Below are positions 39,322-49,300 of a DNA stretch of 64,000 bases, one piece after another. The position numbers were made by a program, and so were the translations under genes. Under the pieces are notes generated by a model. That model worked only from the letters and a program-made list of their open reading frames with translations. It was not told where the DNA came from and did no database searches. The number at the start of each line of letters is the position of its first letter. The first letter of the stretch is position 1. Origin of the DNA: Rhizophagus irregularis (lineage: Eukaryota); assembly GCF_026210795.1 (NCBI RefSeq), contig NC_089432.1, positions 4,712,001 through 4,776,000 on the forward strand, read 5' to 3'.

Positions 39322-40796
39322 GTCTTGGTCAGAATGATACTGAAGAGACGATAAAGAAGCACAAAAGTGACCATGAAAAATTTACTGAAAAATTTAAAGT
39401 AGGGGACATAACCAATGAACAAAAAGGTAAATTAAAGGTATTAGTAGAAAAATATAAGGACATATTTGAGTACGATGGTGAAAAATATAACAGGACAAAC
39501 TTAGTAAAACATGAAATCAGATTAAAAGGGGGTACTGAACCAATAGCCCAAAAGAGGTACAAAGAAAATGATGAAAAAGGTAAATTCATCAGAAAAGAGG
39601 TTGAAGAAATGTTAAAAATGGGAAAAATTAGAGAATCTAGAAGTCCATGGTCTTCACCAGTGACTCTAGCAGGGAAAAAGTCGGGAAATTATAGATTTTG
39701 CATCGACTATAGAAAATTAAATAAAGTTACAATAACAGATGCATATCCATTACCGAGGATTGATGAACAATTAGAAAGGATAAGTTCAGGAAAATGGTTT
39801 ACCAGTCTAGATTTAGCATCAGGGTTTAATCAGATAGAAATGGCTGAGGAAGATATTGAGAAAACAGCATTCATATGCTCAGCAGGATTATATGAATATA
39901 ATGTCATGCCATTTGGGTTAACAAATGCACCTGCAAGTTTTCAAAGGTTAATGGATAAAGTATTAAAGGAATACCTAAATGAATTTGTGATAGTATACAT
40001 TGATGATATAATGATATATTCGAAAAATTTTGAAGACCACCTAAAACACATAAAGTTAGTGTTAGAAAAATTAAAGGAAGCCAGTTTAATACTAAAGTTA
40101 AAGAAATGTATATTTGGAAAAACAGAAATAGAATTTTTAGGACATGTAGTCGGTAAAAATGGATTAAAACCAAGTCCAGGAAAGGTTGAAAAGATACAAA
40201 AATTAACAGCACCTATAAATATAAAAGGTGTAAGGTCAATATTGGGGTTATGTACGTATTATAGAAAATTTATTAAAGATTTTTCAAAAATAGTAAAACC
40301 AATAACATCTTTATTGAGAAAAGATGAAAAGTTTGAATGGGGCATCAAACAACATGAAGCATTAGAAATATTAAAAAGGAAATTAACCGAAGAACCGGTG
40401 TTAAGACAACCAGATTGGTTAAGGAAATTTATATTAATTACAGATGCTTCAGGAATAGGATTAGGGGCAGTGTTAGCTCAAAAAGATGATAAAGGTCAAG
40501 AATATGTAATAGAATATGCCAGTAAAAGTTTAAACAGGACAGAACAAAGATGGCCAATAACCGAACAAGAATGTTATGCAATTGTATGGGGAATACAACA
40601 TTTCCATAAATACTTGATCAATAGAAAATTTGAGGTAGTAACAGACCATGCAGCTTTGAAGGGATTAATGACTGCAAAAGTACCAAAAGGAAAGAGATCA
40701 AGATGGGTCATGGAATTGGAACAGTATGATTTTGAAATAACCCATAGACCAGGAAAAGAAAATAAAAATGCAGATGCCTTATCAAGAATAATATAA
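39315..40796 (+). CDS. pol: Reverse transcriptase + RNase H
   Basis: Frame open from 39315. Motifs SPWSSP, RFCIDYRKLN, LDLASGF, MPFGL, YIDD, TDAS, TDH, NADALSR; ends at TAA 40796. Confidence 0.95.
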   Translation, partial: SISLGQNDTEETIKKHKSDHEKFTEKFKVGDITNEQKGKLKVLVEKYKDIFEYDGEKYNRTNLVKHEIRLKGGTEPIAQKRYKENDEKGKFIRKEVEEMLKMGKIRESRSPWSSPVTLAGKKSGNYRFCIDYRKLNKVTITDAYPLPRIDEQLERISSGKWFTSLDLASGFNQIEMAEEDIEKTAFICSAGLYEYNVMPFGLTNAPASFQRLMDKVLKEYLNEFVIVYIDDIMIYSKNFEDHLKHIKLVLEKLKEASLILKLKKCIFGKTEIEFLGHVVGKNGLKPSPGKVEKIQKLTAPINIKGVRSILGLCTYYRKFIKDFSKIVKPITSLLRKDEKFEWGIKQHEALEILKRKLTEEPVLRQPDWLRKFILITDASGIGLGAVLAQKDDKGQEYVIEYASKSLNRTEQRWPITEQECYAIVWGIQHFHKYLINRKFEVVTDHAALKGLMTAKVPKGKRSRWVMELEQYDFEITHRPGKENKNADALSRII

Positions 40797-40832
40797 ATAG
40801 ATGGGTAAAAGAGTCACTTTTCAAAAATAAAA

Positions 40833-41096
40833 ATGGAACAAGTGGTAAGAAATACAAATCATAAAATAAAGGATATAATCGAAAATTTAGAAGGTATAAC
40901 AAAGGAATTAAACAGGATAAATTATAACTATAAATTCAAAGCCAAAAATTTTGAAGATAGTGAAGAAAGACCATTAATATTGGAAACTCAAGAGGAAATA
41001 TTACAAATAGAGGTGATATTAAGTAAAGTAAACAAGCTAAAATTATCAGAATTATGTAAAAATGGGACCCAAAATAATAATCATATGTGGAGTTGA
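40833..41096 (+). CDS. Small 87-aa coiled-coil-like ORF between RH and IN
   Basis: ATG-initiated ORF with heptad-like I/L spacing; overlaps the start of the kinase-integrase ORF. Confidence 0.45.
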   Translation: MEQVVRNTNHKIKDIIENLEGITKELNRINYNYKFKAKNFEDSEERPLILETQEEILQIEVILSKVNKLKLSELCKNGTQNNNHMWS

Positions 41097-42843
41097 TGGT
41101 ACTGGAAAAACATTCATTGTAAATAAACTTATAAAAGAATTTGAAAAAGTAGGACAAAGTGTGAGGTTTAACACCTTTAAAAGGAGAAGAGAGGACAATG
41201 ATAAGTATAAAATACCAAAGAAAGGTATAGAATGGGAATTCAGGAAGGAAGTTGTCGAACAAATCAACAGGAGAATGGAAGAACATGATAATGAGGATTG
41301 GTTAATATTAGATAAAAGTCCCTATAGTGAGTACTTTTATCAACAAACACCATCATTCGACAGAGGATACATAACAAGATATGAGAACCACCTATTAGAA
41401 AAGGAAGTATTTAGGAACAAAAGGATAATTGATGAATCAATAGTGATATTTTTAGAAAATGAAAAATGTTGGGAAAATTACAAAGGTAGAGAATATTCGA
41501 AAAAGGATCAAGGACATAAAACATCATATCCATTATTAGATGAAGAAAGATATATGGAGATGGTGAAATCATTTAAAGAATGTCAAGATATTTACGAAGG
41601 AGAAAAATATGCTAATATTAAAATATCAAATAATGACACAGATTGGGAAAGAGTATATAATAAAATAATAGAATTAGATGGAGATAAACCACCAATAGAG
41701 GTTAAAAATGTTGAGATTAAGGATAACATCAGAGTAACTGATGGTAAAAAGCATATTGAGAAAAATGGTAAAAACATCAGAATAATAGAAGACTTTGAAA
41801 AGATGGGAGCACTATATTTAGCTCACAGTCATGAATTATCGGCACATATGGGAATCAAAAGTACTTATGATAATTTAAAAGATAAATATTATTGGGAAAA
41901 CATGCTGAATGATGTTGAAAGATATGTAAGGACATGTGATGAATGTCAAAGAAGAGGAAAACCACAAGGGAAAAATGAATTACACCCAATTAAAGTAGTA
42001 GAACCATGGTATCAAATCGGGATTGACTTTGTTGGACCATTGAACACAACAACAAATGGTAATAAATACATCATAGTAGCAATGGATTATTTTACAAAAT
42101 GGCCAGAAGCCAAAGCAGTAAAAGAAGCAACTGCCAAAGAAGTATCAAAATTTATTTATGAAGACATCATTTGTAGACATGGATGTCCAATGAAAATATT
42201 GAGTGATAGAGGAAGTCATTTCAATAATGAAATGATTAAGGAATTAATGGAAAAATTCAAAATTAAATGGAATTTTTCTACAAGTTATCATCCAGAGACA
42301 AACGGACTTGTTGAAAGATTCAACCGAACATTAGGTCAAGCATTAGCAAAATTATCAACCAAAGATGATTGGGATCAAAGGATAGCACCCATATTATTTG
42401 CTTACCGAAATAAAAAGCATAGTTCAACAAGAATTCGACCATTTTATTTAACATACGGAAGAAATGTACGGACAATAATGGATGAAAATATCAAAGAAAT
42501 TAACCTAAGTGATAGAATAGTTGGATTATTAGAGGAACTACCAAGAATCCGACATGAAGCCAAAGAACAAATACTGAAATCTCAAACAAAACAAAAAGAG
42601 TATCATGACAGAAAAATAATCAAAGAACACACCTTTGGAATTGGAGATAAAATACTACTCTATGATAAAGCCAAAGCACAACAACTATCGGGAAAATTAG
42701 AATCAAAATGGTTGGGACCATTTTACATTCATGAAATACTACCGAATGGAGCTTATAGAATTAAAAATATTAAAGGTGTCATCAAGAAGATACCTGTAAA
42801 TGGAGAATTATTAAAGACTTACCATACACCGATGAGTAAATGA
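41062..42843 (+). CDS. dNMP (thymidylate)-kinase-like domain fused to DDE integrase
   Basis: The N-terminal ~205 aa carry the IIIICGVDGTGKT P-loop and LILDKSPYSEYFYQ (TMK DRxxxSxxxYQ-like). Then follow HHCC (AH..AH...CDEC), the IDFVGP / LSDRGSHF / NGLVERFN core and a WLGPF (GPY/F) motif. Confidence 0.9.
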   Translation: MGPKIIIICGVDGTGKTFIVNKLIKEFEKVGQSVRFNTFKRRREDNDKYKIPKKGIEWEFRKEVVEQINRRMEEHDNEDWLILDKSPYSEYFYQQTPSFDRGYITRYENHLLEKEVFRNKRIIDESIVIFLENEKCWENYKGREYSKKDQGHKTSYPLLDEERYMEMVKSFKECQDIYEGEKYANIKISNNDTDWERVYNKIIELDGDKPPIEVKNVEIKDNIRVTDGKKHIEKNGKNIRIIEDFEKMGALYLAHSHELSAHMGIKSTYDNLKDKYYWENMLNDVERYVRTCDECQRRGKPQGKNELHPIKVVEPWYQIGIDFVGPLNTTTNGNKYIIVAMDYFTKWPEAKAVKEATAKEVSKFIYEDIICRHGCPMKILSDRGSHFNNEMIKELMEKFKIKWNFSTSYHPETNGLVERFNRTLGQALAKLSTKDDWDQRIAPILFAYRNKKHSSTRIRPFYLTYGRNVRTIMDENIKEINLSDRIVGLLEELPRIRHEAKEQILKSQTKQKEYHDRKIIKEHTFGIGDKILLYDKAKAQQLSGKLESKWLGPFYIHEILPNGAYRIKNIKGVIKKIPVNGELLKTYHTPMSK

Positions 42844-43075
42844 TAACTATCATCAATGGACTTAGAAAAATAAAGATAATTTATAATCATGTGAAATAAA
42901 ATCACATGACATAAAAATAATTTTCGAAAATAGGAAAAACTAATGAAAATTTCCTAAGAAAGACCGAAGTGAAATCCGGTACAGGAAAACCGTAGACTTA
43001 ACAAACACATGATAAACCGCAGATGTAGACGCAGCAAAAAGGAATATTTAAAACGCAGCTGAGTCAAGTGACAAT

Positions 43076-43145
43076 GCATGTTTGATTTAGTGGTATAATT
43101 CGCACCTACCACTTCGAGACACGAGTTCGATTCTTAGAATAAATT
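43076..43145 (+). tRNA. Degenerate tRNA-Gly-like sequence inside the retrotransposon 3' UTR
   Basis: GCATGTT TG ATTT AGTGGTA TAAT T CGCAC CTACCAC TTCG AGAC ACGAG TTCGATT CTTAG AATAAAT has tRNA-Gly(GCC) layout, with A-box and B-box retained and stems decayed. Confidence 0.7.
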
Positions 43146-43168
43146 TAATGTGGGCATTAAATTTTTAT

Positions 43169-43180
43169 GCGGGGGATAGT
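43169..43180 (+). promoter_or_regulatory. Polypurine tract
   Basis: GCGGGGGATAGT immediately before the 3' LTR. Confidence 0.8.
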
Positions 43181-43783
43181 TGTAATGCCGTAGTATATCT
43201 AGTAAATTTATTAATTGTGAGGCGCAGTATTATATTTAGTCTTAGTGTATAAAATTTTAACTTATTTTTATTTTTATTTTAATTGGACCGAGAAGTCGTT
43301 AAACTAATAATCACATGGATTAAGGTAATTGGTCCGTGATGACCTTAAACTATTAGTCACGAGATTTAAGGATAAATGAAGATCCGAAAGATACTAAATT
43401 GAATGAAATCAAGTGATCTGAGATGTCAAGTGAGTAATTTGTTGATCACTACGTTAATATTATAAATCATAATTCAGGAGTTTATGATGATCAAATGGAT
43501 ACAAAATTAAGATAATGGAAATACTTTAAAACAATGGAAATACTTTAATAATTTAAATCCATGAATTGAAATTATGAATTTAGTTACACAAGAACAAACA
43601 TAAAAGGGCGTGAAGATCACCTTTTGAGAGAAAAGGAGACGAATTTTGTTATGAATTATTTATTTTATCATTTAATGTTATTAAACCAAGCATATTATTG
43701 TATTTATTTATATTATTAATAAAGAGTCATTTTGTTAATACCTGAGGTGGCAAACATAATTCTCTATGGGCTCAGGTGTTACA
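43181..43783 (+). repeat. 3' LTR
   Basis: 603-bp direct repeat of 32890-33492. Confidence 0.97.
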
Positions 43784-44616
43784 CTGGTGACATCTGTTAC
43801 GGTAATCCCGGCTGGGATCCGGATGTCATTTGGTGGATTTGCGTTGTCCGTAAAGTATATTCTTCCGTTTGGAGACCCAAGAGAGCCTATTCTTAAAACG
43901 ACGTTTCCACCGAGGTCAACACAACATGTGTTGGTATTTATATACGAGAACAAACCGGCGAATCTCATTGTAATATCTGTTTTCATTTTGGTATAAAGTA
44001 GACAGATAACGTGTGAAAGTTAAGTATTTTTTTTTTCGCTATAATTATGTAGATCACAAAGAACAATTAACTGACTGTTCGCCATCGTCCGTCACTTGAA
44101 TACTACGATCAAAGAGTTAGTTCTTACCGTGTTTTTTTCTTGGTAACAAGTTAATGAAATATTTCAACGAAAAATAAAGTAAAGAAGAACAGCGTTGGTA
44201 ATAATTGTTTGTTGAAACTTTTTTTTTTTTTTTTAAAAAAAAAACTGTAACGCATCTTTATTAGGATTTATTTATAAAATATATGGTCCTAGCTATAAGA
44301 TACTTAGAGCCAAACGTGCCAAACACGTTAACCCTATAACAGAGTTTACTGTTTGTTGAAACTTTAAAGGTATCTAAGTATGTATATAAATGATTTAATA
44401 ATTATGAGATTATAGTGATGTAAAGCGGAACCTAAAAAGGAAATAAAATTCCGGTAGAAATGATACATATATATTTCTGGTAATAAAATTCTTAATGTTC
44501 AGGACTTGTAACAATAGAAAAAAAAAATTAAAAAATTTACGCACTTTTCCAAGAAAAATTTTTATTAATACATGCGAAAATAAATACAGGATCCGGGACG
44601 TAGCCCGCAATACATA

Positions 44617-45205
44617 TTACTTTTTGGTAATTTTTTTGATCCTAGCCCTCTTACTATCAGGAGAACTATCTACACTAACTCTGTCTTTTAACAACCCTAC
44701 AATGATGCCAATTACCCTTTTCACATTACTACGAAGTAATTCAGGACTATCTTTGATGGCGGATTTCGTGAGGTTAATCTGGTACTCACTACCGCTTGTA
44801 CAGTAAATACCATCCGGAGTGTATATAATAAAGTGCCACTCCGTCCCCGTGGTCACAATGCCATAGAGATAATCAAAATAATCTTCATTGAACACTTGGT
44901 CTGCGCTTCGTTTCTTATTTGTCTGGAACGTGCTCTCAAGTTGCGCCAGATTCTGAGAATAAAATGTGTTAACATTGAATCTTCTATCAATTTATAAAAT
45001 TGTATGGTAGACTTGACATTGCGCGGTTTCCCCTCGGTGATACAAATGAGGTCTTCTAGACTTTTGATTGCGTAGTCTACTCGGCCTGTTGCACGCTATG
45101 TAAATATCTTGAGAGGTAGTTGCTGGTCCCCTTTCATACCATATTGTTTAAGTTTTTCTTCTGTTAACTCAAGGAAGTCAAGACCAGCTATTTTCTCTCT
45201 GCGTA
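44617..45205 (-). pseudogene. SAM-like + PD-(D/E)XK-type nuclease (Crinkler-associated type) gene remnant
   Basis: REKIAGLDFLELTEEKLKQYGMKG (SAM-like) is followed almost directly by ATGRVDYAIK..DLICITEGK..NLAQLES..LYGIVTTGTEWHF. Frameshifts and an apparent internal deletion are present. Confidence 0.65.
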
Positions 45206-46335
45206 GGTATTAAATTACTCGAATCAAATTAAGAAATTTAGGATTTTTTACTGGGAAGAATGTCCCAAATATCCCAATTCACGGTAATTAAAGAATTACT
45301 ATACAGGTTTACCCAATGAGATATACACAAATGAGATTATAGAATTAAAAAAAAAGTAGGATCTCATGATGTGAAAGATATTTCCAATTAATTTGTTCGA
45401 AACTAGGAACAAACAAGGTTTTAAATATCGTAAACATAAGAATGTGAAATTTTATGAAATTTTCGCGTACTATCACATAATAATTCAACTTTTGCACCAT
45501 AAAGCTTATTTGTACGTTCGGACGTACGTCCTTATATTTGAATTTTGAGTACGTACGTTTAAAATCTAATACTAAAATTTGAAATATTTTCGTACTACTT
45601 TAAATTTCGTAACAACTTTGAACTTTCGTACCACATCACCCTCAACTTTTAGTTATGCAGAAGTTATTTCTTCCGTGAGGAATTATTTTTGAAGACTTTA
45701 TAAAAGCAGGAGAGGAAGCCGAAGCAAAGTTCCTAGAGTGTTAGGATTATTTAAGGGATAACAAAATTAATGAAGAATGAAGAAAATATATTATCCTCCA
45801 ATCTAGCGCAACTCCAAGAAAGGAAAGAGAAAATATTCATAGCATATTATTCATTCTCGCAAATTCGATAATTCGATCAATGTAAAATTATTAGTACGGA
45901 AAATCAGTTTATTTTTAAAGATCCGCTGAGTACGGAAAATTGAAATTCTTTTTTTTTAGCGTCCGGACTCCGGACTAATTTGTATTATCACTCCCTTCTG
46001 TACATGAATTTTTTATTTTTGATTTCGTTATTATGGAACTTATAAAGTTAAAAACGTTGTACAGTACTGATAAATCTAACCAACTTTGCAATAGCTTCTC
46101 TTGGTATATGATCTGACCTAGAATATTAAGAAAACAAATATAGGGTTTGTCTTTTCGTATACTCAACAACATTATAACAAAGAATTCATGGTTTCTCGAA
46201 TTGAAACATAGTTAAAAGCCAAGATTTTAATATTTATATATAATTGTAAAAAAACTAATTTTTTGTGATATGGTCTAAAACTACTACTATACTACTATAA
46301 ATTTTTTTTTAAAAAAAAGTAATAAATAAGGATTT

Positions 46336-49300
46336 CTACATGTTGTCAATAAATTCATCAGGCTTTCTTCTGCCAGGTTTTGCCTGTTTAGCCGGTTTAG
46401 CCTGCTTAGCCTTGGCCTGTTTGGCCTGCTGTTTGGTCCTCGTTTTCTAAAATTTGAAGTATATTCATTAATTGAAACTAAAAAAAAAGTTATATAATTA
46501 TTAAATTTTCTTACCTTAATAATGAATGTATAAGCTTCATATGTATTAGCCACTAACAAATTTTTCGGAAATAATTTGTTAATAAGTTCTTCTGGAATTG
46601 TAGACGGCCAAAAATTTAATGTATTATTATCTCGTAAATAATGATATAACGGTTCCTTTTCTTTTTGATTTTCTAAAGTTAAATATCGTAACATGAATCG
46701 TTTTAAAGCTAAAGCGAACGCTTCTGCTGGTATGGCTTTTTTCATTGTAGTTTGCTGTTCAAAATCTACGGAATTCGTTATTGCCATCTTCATATCTGCT
46801 GAAAGTTCTTCCTTATATTTTTCATGAATATATTTAATTTTAACATCGGCAACTTGTTCTTCGACGAGTTCGTATAAAGAAACTAAATGTTTAAGTCGTA
46901 AATCCACTTTTAACATTTTAGAAAATCTTTCATGTTCATTTAATGATGATAATTTCATCCACTGTGAAACATAATTTTTAATTGATTTTTCTCCATCTCC
47001 AACTGCAGTACGTTTGACGAAACATAAAAGAATCTCCAATGATGATAAAATTTCTGACGCGTTATCTAGAGCTGGTTCCAATGCAGGTTGCAATCCAGAA
47101 TTTTTAGAAAAACCTAATAAATCCACCTTTTCAATTGGAATTGGTTCCTGATTTATTAAATCCTTAATATCACTTAGAATTCTCATATGTCCTTGGAATA
47201 ACTCCAAATGATATGGGAAAACTTCTAGATATAATTGTGAACCTGGTTGAGTTTCTATATAAACTTTTTCAAATACTAAAATACTTGCCAATTCCATCTC
47301 AATTTTTGTCAAATCATAAACAATATCTTCTCCTCTAGCAATTGCTAAATTTCTTTGACTATATGCAAGAATTCTATCATTCCACTTAAAATTTATGATA
47401 TTAACGGAACGAACTTGATCAAGATACATCGATTGAAGGCAATATCCATTGGGTGTTTCCGGTTTTGTTTTTGATATTGACGATCCAAAACCAAATGAAG
47501 GTTCATCTAAAAATTTGAGAGATTTACAAGTTCCAGGTGGAATTTCAATGACTTCTTGTAAGAATTTATTTTGTATATTAACTAAATGGTATAAAATTGC
47601 GCATAAGTAAATTCCTGAATCTTTTTGTTCCACTAAACCAAGAACAACTGGTGAATCATCTTTAATGGTTGGCTTATTATCGGGAAGTTGATACCGATCT
47701 ACGAGAGATATTACTGTATTCCAACCAAGTTTAAAGTCGTCAAAAGCTGTTTTCAAGCTATTGAAAATTTCTTTATTACCACCACTATTTAATTCTATAA
47801 ATTTCCTGAAAGTCATTTCTCCTGCAGTTTGTCTTGCTAACTGATATCCAAGTTTGGAATGCAAAATTTGAACAAACTTTACTATAGGTAAAAGATGTTC
47901 GAGTAATTCTAATTCTTGAGTATATTTCAAAAATACTGAGAGGAATGGATAATCGTTATTTCTTGTCGTATCGCTCATATAATAAGCGCGGAAACTGTTG
48001 AAACTAATCATTCCAATCGTTCTCCACAAGTTTGGTAAATTTTCACTTCGATATCGTTGATCCATAACTAAAGTTTGATTGATTTCACTTTCAATTAAGT
48101 TACCTTTTTGATTTTTGTTTCGAGATTCGCTTAATTTTTCACGATAATTAGTTGCCGTTTCATTTATATTTTTAATTTGCGGTGTGATATAATCATTGAA
48201 TTCTGTTTCCCACTTTTCACGCTCGGCAGATGTTGTTACTCGTTGATTCGATAATGGTTTTTCCATCATCGAAGAAATTAATGAATGGAACATTAACGCC
48301 AAATTCTGATTAGAATTAAAAATTGACTATTAGTTTATAATCTACTTTAATAAGATAAAAAATATATATATAATATAAATATAAAATATACCTCATCTGA
48401 GCAATTAAGAAGGGTTTTCAGCATTTCCCAATCATTTCGAATATGGTCCATACAATAATTTTCAGAATCTGTGGCAGTTTGATCATTTTTTTGAAGGAAG
48501 GCAAGGGCAGTTTGAGGTGCAGAGGCTCCAATAAGAGCATGAACAATTAAATGTAAAACACGATATGATGTAGGCGTCATATATCTGACAGAGTGATACA
48601 AATTTTGATTAGCTAGTTCTCCAATGTATCCTGTTTGATCGTTTGCTGATTGAGCAATTGGTTTATTATCGAGTATAGTGTTTCCTTCTGCTGGTTTATG
48701 ACCCACTCCGCTGATAGTATTTCCACACTCCGGACATTTACTAGTAATAACAGTTCCACCACAATTTGCGATGAAATATTTATATCCGCACTTACAAACA
48801 TATCTTGTAAGTTTGTTTGTATTTGTTTTTCCAGCAACGGCGTTTAACACCGTTGATTTTACGTCAGACATGCATGATAAAATAAACGAGTTCTGACAAT
48901 CTAGTAATTTGTGTAAATACATTGCTAATTGAGATGAATTCGGTTCAACCGATGCGTGAAATATGATGATATGAGCAATAACGGATTTTATAAGCAATTC
49001 AGTATTATTAATTTCCGGGCTATCAATTTTAAGGAGAGGTTGTTTATTCGACAAGATATTTGTTGCAATTGGTTTAAGTAAATCTGGAAGATTTATTCCA
49101 TCGAGTTCTTGTGTCAAGAATTTTTCTGATCGCTCTTCTGAATGTTGCCATTCTCTTGAAGCTCTCAAAGCATGAAGACGTACAAAGAAAAGCCCCGTTA
49201 AAGATAATTTTGCCGTTAAAGTCATATTTTGATTCATGTTTTGGACAAATTTTTGAAAAGGTGCCTTATTTCCTACACTATAGAAATCCATAATACTATT

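Larger units (their letters stand above)
32890..43783 (+). mobile_element. Full-length Ty3/Gypsy (Metaviridae) LTR retrotransposon
   Basis: Two 603-bp LTRs with TGTAA...TTACA ends and a 4-bp TSD CTGG (32886-32889, 43784-43787). PBS and PPT are present, and the domain order is Gag-PR-RT-RH-IN. Confidence 0.98.
32714..43986 (-). pseudogene. 124-aa hypothetical host ORF split by the LTR retrotransposon
   Basis: Joining 43986-43788 to 32889-32714 gives exactly 375 nt with no internal stop: MKTDITMRFAGLFSY...AGITVTDVTRNRPVAPVFLHNNPFGDFIINYPTNYEITFNNQVVVRLINQEQSTVEIANNLDHFVE*. Confidence 0.8.

Noticed and set aside
40833..41096. env-like gene
   Set aside because: Too short, no signal peptide or transmembrane segment, and the wrong position.
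34854..41777. Numerous minus-strand ORFs within the retrotransposon
   Set aside because: Antisense shadows of A-rich gag/pol coding sequence.
43076..43145. Functional tRNA gene
   Set aside because: The acceptor, anticodon and T stems are broken; kept only as a tRNA-derived sequence.
43735..43787. C-terminus SVTPEPIENYVCHLRY of the 83-aa ORF
   Set aside because: Read-through into the 3' LTR; the true C-terminus lies at 32889-32714.
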